The translations under genes and the position numbers were made by a program. Positions 1 through 14,761 of a DNA stretch of 64,000 nucleotides are shown piece by piece (the first letter of the stretch is position 1; each line of letters starts with the position of its first letter). The notes under the pieces were generated by a model. It saw nothing but the letters and a program-made list of their open reading frames with translations, did no database searches and was not told where the DNA came from. Origin of the DNA: the human T2T-CHM13v2.0 reference genome, Homo sapiens; NCBI RefSeq assembly GCF_009914755.1, contig NC_060927.1; one strand, given 5' to 3'.

Positions 1-322
1 ACTATGCCTTTACTCTGCAGTCAAACTTTAATTTCTGATTGAGTGGTAGTCCTAGAAGGACGTACTTTGTATGTTTAAGCTAATGGTGGAATGCTTTTTA
101 AAACTGATGAGTCATCTGTTTTGAAAGAGTCCTTTTAAGAACAGACCTTATTTTGGGTCAAGCCAGCATTCTAACAGTAGTCCTAATATCTGAAAATAAC
201 AAATATTTAAAATAATAGTTGTTTTTGCTTTAAAATATTTATCTTGGATTTTAAAAAGTGATAGGAACGTAATGTAAAATGAGAAAAAGAAAGGATTCAA
301 ACATAATTCAGAAATAAGAGTT

Positions 323-600
323 GGCCAGGTGCCATGGCTCATGCCTGTAATCCCAGTGCTTTGGCCCAGGCCAGCAGATCGCTGAGGTCAGGAGTTCCAG
401 ACCAGCCTGGCCAACATGGGGAAACCCCGTCTCTACAAAAAATGCAAAAATTAGCCGGGCCTAGTGGCGCTCGCCTGTGGTGCCAACTACTACACAGGCT
501 GCTGGGAGGATTGTTTCAGCCTAAGAGGTAGAGGTTGCAGAGAGCCATGATTGTGCCACTGCCCTGCACTTTTTTTTTTTTTTGTCTCAAGAAAAATAAA
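323..600 (+). mobile_element. Old, degenerate Alu with an internal poly-T replacing part of the right arm
   Basis: GGCCAGGT..GGCTCATGCCTGTAATCCCAG start, GAGGTCAGGAGTTC..ACCAGCCTGGCCAACATGG; AAATAAGAG repeated on both flanks (TSD-like). Confidence 0.85.
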
Positions 601-2852
601 ATAAGAGGTAAGATTACAAATCAGTGGAATTAAAGGGAAAAAGATAACCTCAATAATAGCAAATGAGGCTTCCTAGTAGAAAGTTTGGAAAAAAATACTT
701 AGTATGGGAACTCCACATTATATAGAATAAAGGAAAGGAAGTAGAAAAAAAGTGGTGTAGGTAAAGAAATGAGTAACCTGACAAATTTTGAAAACCTACT
801 GCTTGCAACGCTGTACTAGGAGCTTTTAATTTAATAAAGTCTCCAACTATTTGGTTGTTGAATTTAGGATAAATGTAACCAGACCATTGAGCAGCTAAGA
901 TAACTGAGAAACTGCTTTCTAAAAGTTGAAAACTGTGTTTCTGCCTCATTGAAGCTATTGGCAAGGAAACTGTAAATTTCAGTGTAAAATGCACATCTCA
1001 TGTCCAATTAGAGTAGGTTCCTACTTACATAGAATGACTATCTTTATTCATTTTTGGATTCTCCCTCACACCACCACCATCCCCCATTGCCTAGTATGAT
1101 TTCTTGCAAATAATTTGGATTGACTGAGTTGGATATATCTCTTAGTTAGTGGACTTATTTTTTGAATAATTAGAGTAAATTGTAAAGTCCTTGAAAAGAA
1201 CTGTCTTATTATTATATACCCATCCCCTAACAGTGCCTGCTCCACAGTAGGTACAGGTACTCTATATCTTTTGAAACACTGAATATATTTGTAAATATTA
1301 AGTTTTAGTTGAAAAGGAATTTTTATTTATCAAACACCTTTTATCACAAACCTTAAAAAATGTAATTCTTAGGTTATCGCCACATTTATAAATAAGAATG
1401 TTTATCCTCATTTTAGAAATGAGGGAACTCAAGCTCAAAAATGATGAGTAAAGTCTGCTATCACAGAGAGTGAAAGGCTAATTAGAAATTCAGCCTTAGG
1501 GCTGTGTGGCTCCAAAGTCTATGTTCTTTCCACTACACTACACTGCTCTCTTGAGCTTAGTTTTTTTTGTTTTTTGTTTTAAATGATTCAAAGCAATAAG
1601 ATCTTCCAAATAGTGTCAGTATTACAAGTGGCATCTATCCATTGATGGTACTTTGAAATATTGTGATTGTTGGAATTATACGGCACTTGTCTTAAGGATT
1701 GGGGGTTTTGTGGGCTTCATACACAAAACTGGAGCAGAGGCACCTGAACCAAACATAATTTGGGGTGCTGTCCTTGTATCATATGACGTCACTTTAGAAC
1801 CTATGTTGATCGGAGCCATAGTGGACATCTGACCAAGGTAAGCCCATCAACAGACTGCCTGGTGGCCTGTCACTTATAAGGCACTGCCCAAACAGAAGCA
1901 GAGATTATTTTTTTTTCTCACTCGCCCAGGAATTTAATCCAAAGAACCCAGAGGGAAATTCCAGTTGGTGGCAGATCAGAAAGAAATTACAGTTGAATCA
2001 GAAAGAAGCAGACATGGGGAATGTCGCTAATTTTTTGTCAATTGTGAAACATAAGTGTGAAGATTCATAAAATATTGCTGCTGAAATCTAGGACTGCCTC
2101 ATATCCAGAGTAACGCACCAGGTGCAGCTTCACTGAGGCCAACTTGTTAACAGCTGGATTAAATGTGAGCATCTTCTTACTGCCCAGTATAATAACCCTT
2201 CTCTATCTTAGCTAACGTGGATGTATCTCTTTTCACTGCAGCCAGATGGGTTTAAATGAAGCAGCATCCCCCAATCCTACAGTGGCCCTTGAAACCCTCC
2301 AGTCAGCCTGGAGAATACTGAAAACTTTCTGGGAGGTAAAAGAGCTGTGGTGGCTTGTGAACCCCCACAGTGATGGGGTTCATCTGTGGCTAGCTGAAAG
2401 AGATGCCTGAGAGGGGAGTGGAGGCACTGGAGAAGGTAAAGGACAGAGGAGACAACAGAATATGTTACATAGGGAAAGGAACATGGGTTACAGGGAACTG
2501 GGAAAGTACATGGCCTGTTTGTCCACTTATCAGAACTTCACCATTATGTCAGGCTTGGCCAATTGAATACATTTCAAGATAAGTCTCTTGACTGGAATAG
2601 TATTGGACATTTAGGAGACCAAATGAATTCTCCTCCTCCTTCAGCTACCCTTTCTAGGCTTCCTGAAGGCAGGAACTGCATCTGTTTACCATGGTATCCC
2701 CCAAGACATCGTAGGCAGCAAATAGTGAGTGAACGCAATAAATGCATGAATAGTTTTTGACATACCTTACTTAAATAGGCCCTATTGACCTACTGACTGC
2801 AGAAAAAACAAGAAATAATCTAAGTAGAGAATCCTTTCATAAACCATTCTAG

Positions 2853-3110
2853 TTAGGAGGCAGCATACTGATGCAGTTAAAAGAGTGGGCTTTGGTTTTT
2901 ATCAGATACAGGTTTCAAAACCCACCTCTGGAAATCAGATTTCTCTTACTTAATCTTGATTTTGTTACTTAATTTCTGTAAGGCTTGATTTCATCATCTG
3001 TATTATAAAATATATTATCTGTTCCATAGGGTCATTGTAAGGTGAAAATCTAAAGTGCTTAGCATAGTACCTAGCACAAAGTCAATACTCTGTAAGTAGT
3101 GGCAATTATT
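2853..3110 (+). mobile_element. MIR SINE
   Basis: GGAGGCAGCATA..GTTAAAAGAGTGGGCTTTGG..TTTCATCATCTGT..AAAGTGCTTAGCATAGTACCTAGCACA MIR motifs. Confidence 0.65.
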
Positions 3111-4574
3111 ATTATTAGCTGTAATAGTAGTTAATGTTATAACTATTGCTCTCTGCCACTTGTTATATCATGATCAGGGTAGAAAAACAAAGTTGAGAAC
3201 AGTCTTTACTCATGATTGCACAATTTCCTACATAAACCATGGTCCTCTGCTCTGGGCCATTCTGTGTCTTAGGGATTAGGATTTGGGAGGTTGGTCTGAC
3301 CTCTCTTGCCCAAGATTTATGCTTATTGTCTTTTTTGTCTTCAAGGTATATCAGGACCTCATGCCTGCTAAACCCACTCCTACCTTTATTTTAGCCACCT
3401 CTGATTCAGACTGTCCTTTCTAAAGCACTGCTTTCATGATTTCAACCCATCTCTTTTCCTCCTGCCTTTACCCCATGTTTCCTCATTGCTTATCAGATGA
3501 AGGCCAGTTGCTTAGGCTAGCATGCAAGGTTTTGATTTATTTCCACTGCTAAATCCCTCTCAGTCTGGTTTATCCATATTGGCCTAGGATGGTTTAAAGT
3601 TCTGCCATCTCCCTGCCAATTGTCCAAATCTCAAAAACCGGTTACTCTATGTTTAGGGCAGCATTGAAAGTAGAAGGAGCTATAGTCTTTCAATCGATCC
3701 TGAGGAGGAGTTGGCTTCTATATTTATAGGGACCAAGAGTAAGTCTTCAGCCAGTTTTGTGATATAAGGTCTAGCAGTTTGATTTTCAGCAGTTCTTCCT
3801 CTGCCACAGTTTGCTATTGCTGTAGAATTGATAGATTAAAATGTCTCCTGAAATATGTCTCCGGGCTTCTTTATCGAAGTTTAGTCCCTTTTATTTTGAA
3901 GATTCAAATAATGACATCTTTGGATATCTTTGGAGTCTTTGACTAAGCATTTGTTAGAGCTATAAAAGCATCTTCATGGCTACTCCCGTTGAATTCACTC
4001 CATTTAGGGGTTTATCTTAGACCCGGTGCGGTGTTTTCCTTATTGATTGTTTTGGGAGTTGAAGTGACTATCTTTTAAATTTTATCCACTTGCTCAGCTT
4101 ATGTTGGTTCCATATTGGCTTGTTTGACCTTTTCATAGATAGCTAGTCATAACTACAACTATAAATGAGCTAAAATAATTTTAATCCCTAATTCATTCAC
4201 AGATAGACATTGAGTACCTACTGTGTGTAAGAAACTGTACTATATATTGCAAGGTATAAAAACTAGTAAGAATAATAGGTAATGTTTATTGGTTATTTTA
4301 TAAGTGCCAGGCACTGTCCTAGGGGCTCTGTCTAGGGATTATTTTTATTTAATCCTCACATCCCTTCTATAAGGTACATATTATTATCATCATTCTTCAG
4401 ACAAGAAAACCGAGATGTGGGAAAATTAACTAACTTGCCAAGTCACATATTTATGGTGTGCTGGATAACAACATAGTAAAATGTTCATGATTTTGTTCAA
4501 ATACAATCACTGCCTTCAAGAGATTTACTGTCTGGTAACAGAGATTAAACATGAACCTATAAAGAAATCCAAGT

Positions 4575-5452
4575 TAAAAAGGGCAAAAGATCTGAGTAGA
4601 CATTTCTCCAAAAAAGATATAAAAATCACTGATAAACACATGAAAAGGTGATCAACATCATTAGCCATCAGGGAAATACAAATTAAAATCACAGTGAGCT
4701 ACTACTCATACCCACTAAGATGGCTAAAATATAAAAGACAGCTAGTAAGTGATGGTGCAGATGTAGAGAAATTGGAACCCTTATAGACCAATACTGGGGA
4801 TGAAAAAGTGGTGCAGCCACTTTGGAAAATAGTCTGGCTGTTCTTCAAAAGGTTAAAAAAAATAGTTACCATATGATCCAGCAGTTCTACTCCCAGGTAT
4901 ATACCCAACAGAAATGAAAACATACGTCGTCACAAAAACTTACACATGAGTGTTCATAACAGCATTTTTCATCATAGTCAAAAAATAGAATCAAACCAAA
5001 TCTCTACCAACTGATGAAGGATAAATAAAATGTGGTATTTACATACAATAGAACATTATTCAGCAACAAAAAGAAATGAAGTGCTGATACATGTTACAAC
5101 ATGGATGAATCTTGGAAACATTATTCTGACACATAAGTGAAAGAAACCAGTCATAAAAGAACACCTACTGTATGATTCTATTTATATGAAATCCTCCAAA
5201 ATAGGCAAATCTTTAGAGACAGAAAGTAGATTAGTGGTTGCCGAGAGCTAGAGGGAAGGGAGAATGGGCAGTGGTTGCTAATGAGTACAGGGTTTCTTTT
5301 TGGCAGGATGAAATTGTTCTAAAATTCATTGTGGTGATGGTTGTACAACTATGAATATACTACTAAAAAATCATTGAACTGTACACTTTAAGTAAGTAAA
5401 TTGTATGATAGGAAAATATATGAAGTATATATCAATAAAGTTATTTTTAAAA
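4575..5452 (+). mobile_element. Old L1 (L1MB-like) 3' end fragment
   Basis: AGACATTTCTCCAAAAAAGATAT, ATGATCCAGCAGTTCTACTCCCAGGTATATACCC, AGTAGATTAGTGGTTGCC, terminal AATAAAG. Confidence 0.8.
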
Positions 5453-5980
5453 ACATGAACCCAAAGTAACTAAAATATAAAATAACATTTGGTAACTCAT
5501 ACAGAAACATAACCAAAAGCTATCAAAGTTCAGAGGAAAAAGACCATTTAGGCTACCACAGTTAGGATAGCTTTCAGAGGACAATGGGATTTGGATAGAG
5601 CTGGGATGAAATATACAAAATTGAAGGAAAAAAGAAAATATTTCTTACAAAGCATAGCAAAAAGGAGAAAATTGTAGCATATATTTGGGAAATGGTAAGG
5701 GGTCTGGTTTGGTTGGCATGCTTAGTGCTGATGGTTAGAATAGACAAATATTGATATGCTTTAGATAATTATGGGAGAAAATATTTAAAATTTTAACTTT
5801 GCCCCCAAAAATCTAAGGTGTACTGTTAAGATACAGCACAGAGGAAGAGTAGTAGACTTTGAAATGATAGGTGTGTCTAGGCCTTGGAGAAAGAGGTATG
5901 AATACTAGGTAGGAGATCACCTCTGATTCTGCCCTCACTGGAAGCTCCAGATCCCATTTCCTTAACTTGTGTTCTTTATT

Positions 5981-6014
5981 AGCCTTGCAGTCTTTTCACG
6001 AAGACTGCAAGGCT
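5981..6014. repeat. Perfect 14-bp inverted repeat with 6-nt loop
   Basis: AGCCTTGCAGTCTT-ttcacg-AAGACTGCAAGGCT. Confidence 0.95.
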
Positions 6015-7700
6015 TGGGAGAGTCTGTGGATTGTGGCACCTGTAGAAATAGTCTTATATCTGAGTACAAAGTATTCCTCATGGTTTCTCAATACTGTGCT
6101 AGCATCAAGATATTCCTCCTCTGCTTCAGGTGAAAGTCAAATGTAAGTCAAGCCTCAGCCCCCATAGTATGAATTCGAGAAGTGACACAAACTGGTCATA
6201 ATTATTTCATTCCGTTATATTCCAGTTGTTTTCTTGAGAAAACCAAAACAAAACCAGGGCTAAACAACAAATCCAAAACAAAAATTCTTCAATACGTTGT
6301 GTTAATGGATATAGCTTTATTTTGAAACTGCATAGTTGTTTCCTTCACTCAGCCACTAAAAGTGATTTGAGAAACTGAGAGGACCTGGAGATGCAAAACC
6401 AGGAACTAACTGCTTCATTCATAGTCTGATGGGGTGAGGAACTTAGGGAGAAGCTGCCTCTGGCACCCATTCCCAGCAACAGGCCTCCTATTCTTGTCTT
6501 CTTCTTATTTACCCTGTTGTAATAAGTCTCTTTACCAAGGGAAGCGTTCCTTCAAACCCTTCTCTATCATTTACCTAGACTGTGCTGAGTGTCAGGACTA
6601 GGTCAACCCAGCTCAGACCCAGATGTAACCCATGTGCTGTGGGGTTGGAGAGAGAAGGGTTCCCTAATAAAGAATTGGCCACTGCTGAACTTGAGCCTCC
6701 AGGGTAATGGAAAAGGCTTCAAACAGGAGATACAAACCATGCTTATCCCTAAGAAGTAGAGAGTAAAGAACAAATCTCACTCTCTCCTTCCTGTACTGTC
6801 GCTCACTGTACCACATTATGTGTATAAAGTCAGTCTCTTCATTTCTTAATTTTTTCAGTTACAAAGTATTTATTTTAATGTAAATGTAAAAGGTCACTTT
6901 AGAAAATTCAGAGATATGAAAGGAAAACAACTGAAATCACACAACTCTCGCCATCCAGAAACAACTATGGTTTACATTTTGGCGTATTTCTTTCTTTTCC
7001 TATGTGTACATATTTCTTCCCACAAAGTTGAAATCATACATATATGTATATGTATATTAAGTTTTCTATTTTAATTTTTTTACCAAAAGTTGTATAGTGA
7101 GCATTATTCCCATGTTATTTAATTATTCTTCAAATATGTTACTTTGAAAAAATAGGTGCAGAATAATTCCCCAACATTGAAAAATTATGGAGTTCCTTTT
7201 GTTCCACTCTTCTCCCATAATACCTTGCAAACACTTTTTTTAGCTAACAAATACAGCCATTGAAATATTAAGTCTCATGGAGCTCTTTGCTGAGCTTTTA
7301 TAGCAACAGTTTGGTAATAACAGTATCACCAAGCACTTTCCCTGGGGACATCAACAAGTGTCCCTTCAAAGACATGCTGACTCCACCTCACTTGCTTCTC
7401 ACCTGGTGGATCAGAGGAACCAGCTGTAATACAAGTAAGCTCTTTTGATAAAGAGACTATTTATTGGGGAGAAATTGTTGACTGTGTTTGTAAACTGGAG
7501 AGTCAAATGACTGACAATGTAACTGAAGTGTTGAGGTATCTACATTCCCTTTACACTTTGTTGCCACCTAGAGCTGGTTCATTAGAGTTCTCATTGTTTT
7601 TCTACAAACCAGAGGTGAAAAGGGTACAATGCAAAATCTGTGTGCACTGCTAGAATTTTCTGTTTTGGGATAGTTTATACTTGTCTTTAGTAGTATATGA

Positions 7701-8056
<356 letters not shown>

Positions 8057-8661
8057 TCTTGTTCCTGTTATAAAGTGAAACTTTGTAAGAATCTTACACC
8101 AAATTCAATTCAATTCAGTTAATTCAACAAATACTTATTGGGTGCCTACAACTTGTAGAACACCATGATGGATATATGAAAGACAAAGAGGACCTAGCCA
8201 TGCGCTTAGGGAACTTATAGTCTAGCAGGGCTGATTAGATAGGCATATAAATAACTGCAAGACAAAGTAGACCAGGCTATAAGAATATTTAATGAAGGAG
8301 AAATACTCACAAAATAGTGTCATGAGGAAAAAATTAAACTAGTCACTAAACTGTATATACAAATTGAGTTTTCTGAAAAAGTACACATGTAAAAAACTGG
8401 AATACTCTAAAATGGTAGTAGTGGCTGTCTGGGTGATGAATTAAAAGGGATTTTAATGTTCTTTATTCTTTTCTATTTTTTCAAAAAGTTATTTACAGTG
8501 AAACTGCTACTATTAGGATAAATAAAAGTAAGCTTTATTAAATGAGAGTGTCATGTAACAATAGAAAATGTAGTGCAAGTGCTGAGGAGCAAAGATCATA
8601 ACTGACTGGGGTGGGGGAATTAGAAAGGCTTTAGGATTTATGTCTTTCAGAATGATGAAAA

Positions 8662-8958
<297 letters not shown>

Positions 8959-9277
8959 TGTTTTTTTGTTTGTTTGTTTGTTTGTTTGTTTTTGAGACAG
9001 AGTTTTGCTCTTATTGCCCAGGCGGGAGTGCAATGGCACGATCTTGGCTCACTGCAACCTCTACCTCCTGGGTTCAAGTGATTCTTCTGCCTCAGCCTCC
9101 TGAGTAGCTGGGATTACAGGCATGCACCACCACGCCCAGCTAATTTTTTGTATTTTTAGTAGAGACAGGGTTTCACCGTGTTGGCCAGGCTGGTCTCAAA
9201 CCTCTGACCTCAGGTGATCCACCCACCTTGACCTCCTGAAGTGTTGGGATTACAGGCGTGAGTCACTGCGCCCGGCT
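8959..9277 (-). mobile_element. AluS (Sq/Sp-like) element, tandem with the previous Alu
   Basis: (TTTG)n tail, GAGTTTTGCTCTTATTGCCCAGG..GCAATGG, ends CCCGGCT. Confidence 0.92.
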
Positions 9278-9396
9278 GAAAAGCTTCTATATCTTAGAAA
9301 TAGTAATAAAGTTTTACTGAATTGAAAAGACATTATATTTCTACAATTTTTTTTTCCCATGACATTTGACTATAGTCTCTGTCTCTATTAATGATA

Positions 9397-9740
<344 letters not shown>

Positions 9741-10549
9741 TTAAAATTTATATTATTTTAGATATGTCTTTAAAATATTTTACTACATGTACCATGAAGA
9801 GATATTTTCTAAATCAGAAGATGATGTCAATCACTAATCAGATTCATAGAGTATATAGACTTGGCAAAGAATCTTACTACTTGTCCCACTGAACGCAGAA
9901 ATGCTTTATTTGGTCATTGGCTGGAATGGCTACTCGTTTGTCCTTCTTTTCTTCTGAAGATTTCTGTATCTGTTACGGTTCAACCCACAGAGCACATATT
10001 TTTCAGCGTCTAATAGGCTCTAGAAAGAGAGTTCCTATAATATTCTGAAAGTCAGCTGCTTCATCAGCCCATGAGCGTCCTGTTTTGGTAGATGCCCTGG
10101 GTGATGTGGCTTCCCATGGTGTGCGGGTGACATAGCAGAGGTTTGTCAGGTCAGAGTTTAGGTGGAATGTACAGGCTTCAGCTAACCTACAGAGTGAGAG
10201 TCTTGTCTCTGTGTAACCTGGATGAATTATTTATTTTCCTTCTGCCTTTGTTTCTCACTTATAAAATGAAGATAATAGTAGTACCTACTTTATAGGCTCA
10301 TTTTATAGATTAGATTTGGCATTTGTAAACATTTGATGTAAAGTTGCTATTATTATGATGTATCATAGATAGACTCGATGGACTGTAGCAGATTTTTTAA
10401 AAATCTTAAATAGATAACAGGAAGAAGAGGAGAAACGAACATATGCTGAGAGAGTACGATTATGTTACCTTTGTTTTCTTGGAAATAGTGAGGGGCCAAA
10501 GAACAAGTAAAGAAATAATTGTCATGCAGTGTGATTCATGCAGCAATAA

Positions 10550-10949
<400 letters not shown>

Positions 10950-11498
10950 TTGGGCAGAGTTTTGAGTAAGTGAGTAGTTGGGGAGTGGATGAAGGCAGTG
11001 GTGATAAGGGATGTGCCAGGCACAGAGGATTTGGACAGCACCACAACTTTGGGATGGTAGGTGGGACGTAAAGTGCGGGGGAATAGTGAGAGATGAGGCC
11101 AGAGAGGGAGGCTGGATTCTGTGAGAATCAGTGGCTTTACCTATATGTAGATGTGCATTTGTGTCAGAGTTTCTTGAAAGGGCTGAGAGTTGCTAATTCC
11201 TTTCTTCTACCGCTTCCAAAGCTATCCTGAGCTTGTTAATGCCATTCCTATTAAACTATGGCCCTGGCTGGGCAGACTCATTTAGTACTGTCTCTTGGTT
11301 ATTTTTCTCCATTTGGGAAGCATTGCACCATGACTTCGAAGATACACTTGTATATCTACTAGTTAAATGTCTTCCACTTTAGACTTGCACCAGCAACATC
11401 CAGAAAGGCCAGTGAACATGGCTTGGGAAGCATAGGAAACTGTCTTTTGTCCCTCATATATCTTCAGGGCTGACTTCAGATCCAAATGACTTCAACTG

Positions 11499-11850
11499 TG
11501 ACTCAGTTAGAGAGGCAGATTTTCATATTATAGAAAGAGAGCTCCTGGTTCGTACAGCAAAACAAACAAACATGCACAAGATTAGGCTGTGTGAACTTGA
11601 CTCAGTAGACATTCCCACATGGGGTACTGAGGTGCTGGAAGCCTGTCTACTAAAGGTGCACTGGTGGGCATGGAATCTAAAGGGGGTGTCTGTGAGGGCC
11701 ATCCTGGGTCCCAGCAGCAGGTGGTTCCATGGTTATGCTGCCCCACACTTTCTTGGCTGAACCAAATTTTCTGCCTTTCATTTTGTTCCTTACAAAATGT
11801 CCTTCTTTTTGGTGACTGTTAACATACTTCTTCACAGTGCAGGTGAGTCA
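11499..11850. promoter_or_regulatory. Cluster of three consensus AP-1 sites
   Basis: TGACTCA 11499-11505, TGACTCA 11598-11604, TGAGTCA 11844-11850; function inferred only. Confidence 0.4.
11797..11842 (+). pseudogene. Candidate signal-peptide exon of the B7/butyrophilin-like gene (MSFFLVTVNILLHSA)
   Basis: ATG with A at -3, hydrophobic 15-mer ending H-S-A, consensus donor CAG|GTGAGT, phase 1 matching the IgV exon. Confidence 0.55.
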
Positions 11851-12699
11851 TTTTTCAAAAAACTTTGTGGGCATTTATGAAATAGCTTTGGGGATAGTGA
11901 GGAAAACATTTGTTTGGAGATAAACGACATAATCTCTCTGAAGCTCATTCTTTTCATTTGTTATATGAAAATAACAAATTTATTTTTTACAGGAAAAATT
12001 GTATTTATTTTAAAAATCTATATTTACTTCATAGGAAATGGTTAAGAGCAGATGGGAGAAAATAACAGACACATATTATAAATCATTATTGTTTATTCTG
12101 CTTTCTTTTTTTAAATGAGAAAAACTTCCACCCCACCCCCCCCGATTTGGTTTGTCCATTTGAAGCCATATCTGAATGACTAATCTCAGTCGTATCTATA
12201 GTGTGAACCTCCCAACCAAACCAAACAAAACAATACTAGACACCCACTTTCAAGTGACTCTGACAAGTGCCAATTTATAGTGTAGCATCCAAAATATTTG
12301 AAATCAGGTCTGTCCTGAAAAATCTGGATGGGCAGTCAACAAAGGGTTTATGTAAGTCTTTTTGTACTCAAATCTTCAACTCTCTTGGTGACAAACAATA
12401 TACAGATGTTGGAAATGTTAATATGATTCAGCTAACCAAAAGTCCATAAACAAAAGTTTTTTAAAAAAACACTGTGTATCCCAAATCTGGCTGTATAACT
12501 ACTCCATAAAGTGATCAAACACATTTATAGTCTTCAGGCTTATGCCATCTTCCAGAGACCTGCAGCAGTTCTGTCAGTCCCTTAAAGGTGGCAGCAGCTT
12601 GAAGGCATCCTCAGGCTCCAGAGTTCAACTCAGGAGTTAGTACAAGGCCTGGTCAACCCAGGTTACATTTGCTGGCTCTTTTCTCTTGATGTTTGATTA

Positions 12700-12702
<3 letters not shown>

Positions 12703-12735
<33 letters not shown>

Positions 12736-12785
12736 TGGGGAGGAGGGCGGGGGGGCTGGGTGTTGGGGGGTGTGTGTGTGTGTGC
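12703..12785. repeat. (TG)n microsatellite with G-rich interruption
   Basis: Direct read. Confidence 0.9.
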
Positions 12786-14089
12786 GGGTAGAGGAGAGCA
12801 GTAAGAAAAGTAAGGTGGTAATCCACTCATAGTTAGGAAAAACTCAACCAAATAAAGGAATAGGTATGTATGTAGGCAAGAAAGAGAATGATCTGTTGAT
12901 TCTAATCTCACATTTTGTAGCAATATTAAGAACTTAATACTATGTGCTAGGTACCATGGCAGATGCGTTAGACAGTATCTTTCTACATTTTTCTAAGTGT
13001 TTTCCCACATTATTAACCTTTTTCTGAGCTTTTGCCTCGGCCTCTTAAGGCTTGGGAAGCTAAAGACACATGGTTTAGAAATAACACAGATTGAAATAGA
13101 CAAAGGAGTTACTCAGATTCAAGCAGGGCCATCTGCAGACATATCAGTTAGAAATTGTCCTTTATACTAGTTACATCAGCAGGAAGTTGTGTTTCATGAT
13201 GCATTGGCTAGAGCCTTTGGATCCCTGAGTTTGAGACCCCTTCCCTTGGGCCAGAAAGGGTACAACTGTAGCAAGAACTCCTGAGTACAACTGGAGAAGG
13301 TAGAATCAAGGACCACTCATGGGTAAACTACATATTCTTGTGAGAGACATTGGGGTGGGGGAACAGCTTACTAAAGTGTCCACTCATCTACTTTACTCCT
13401 GTCCTTCTGGAAAATGACCGAGCCATGTCATATAAAAACAGTCTGTAAGATCCCATGGTATTTCATTAAAACCTCAGACAGGTGTTATCATTCTAATTAT
13501 ACACAAGGAAGCTATAACTCAGAGAGATTAAGTGCCTTTCCTGATGCCAAATGATTAGTAAGGGGGTACTTAGAACTAGAACTTGGATTTACAATTCGTC
13601 AGACCAGGATTTTACAAAAATAAAGTCCCACAAAAATTATAAAACACTGCTTTTTGGTGATAACCACTTCAGAAAAATAATTTGAGCAAGAAAGCACTTC
13701 AGGTTTTTACTTGCAAATCAATCCTTCTAAAGGTTATGCAAGTTATTTCTCTTTGCCTCCTTTCCAGCCTGTCTTGTAGTCATTAATTCATTTAATTAGT
13801 CACTGATTCATTCATCAAACTTCGAACCAGTGCCTACTATTAGGAGACAAAAGAGCACATTTCAGTTGGAGAGCTTTGGAGTCAGACTGCCTAGCATTGA
13901 ATGACAGCTCTACTGCTCACTAGCTGTGTATCCTTGAGTAACTTACTTCACCCACTGTGCCTTGGTTTTCTCAGTAGTAAATTGGGGATAATTACCTGCC
14001 TCAGTGTTAGTATCAGATTAAATGAATTAATGCCAGAAAAGCTCCTAGAATATGTTTAGAACATTGTAAATACTTGATAAATGTTACCA

Positions 14090-14535
14090 GATATAGTCAG
14101 AGTTCTCCAGAGAAACAGAACAAACTGGAAAAGAGAGAGAGAGGGGGTTGGCGGGGGGGTAGAGAGAGAGGGAGAGAGAGCCTGATTTTTTTTTTGAAGA
14201 AATTGGGTCATGCAGCTGTGCTTGTGGAGGTTGAGAAGTCCCAAGATCTGCAGTCAGCGAGCTGGAGGTGCAGAACAGTCTATGGTATAGTTCTAGTCTG
14301 AGTCTGAAGGCAGGAAAAGACTGCTCAAGCAGTAAAAGCAGGAGTTCCCTCTTACTTGAAGGAAGGTTGGCTTTTTTGTTCTATTTAGAACTTCAACTGA
14401 TTAGATGAGGGCACCTACATTAGGGAAGACAATCTGTTTTACTCAGTCTGTCCACTCAAATGTTAATCTTATCCAGAAACACCCTCATAGACACATTCAG
14501 AATAATGTCTGACCAAATATCTGGGCACCCCCATC
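14090..14535 (-). mobile_element. MLT2-type (ERVL) solo LTR
   Basis: GTTCTCCAGAGAAACAGAAC, CAACTGATTAGATGAGG, AATGTTAATCTTATCCAGAAACACCCTCATAGACACA motifs. Confidence 0.75.
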
Positions 14536-14710
14536 AACAGCCACGTGGTTATCACTACTGGAATGAGCAGATTGTATCTGTCATTCATCTGGAATGTTCT
14601 CTATTACATGTCTCTTAGGCTGTTCTTTGCTTGGCTGATGGCTTGGAAGCTTCCTTGTCTACTAAGTTACCATTTGAATTTGGTCTTGGTGCATAACCTA
14701 TTTTGCCTTC

Positions 14711-14761
14711 TATTTCATCTCACCTTATTTGATATAATGAGGTGAGATGAAATATCAAATA
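14711..14761. repeat. Two interleaved perfect inverted repeats (15 bp and 10 bp)
   Basis: 14711-14725 pairs with 14740-14754; 14726-14735 pairs with 14752-14761. Confidence 0.9.

Noticed and set aside
7389-7421. Short similarity to 15183-15213 (CTTGC..TCACCTGGT..ATCAG..AACC)
   Set aside because: Too short and gapped to separate from chance or an ancient repeat
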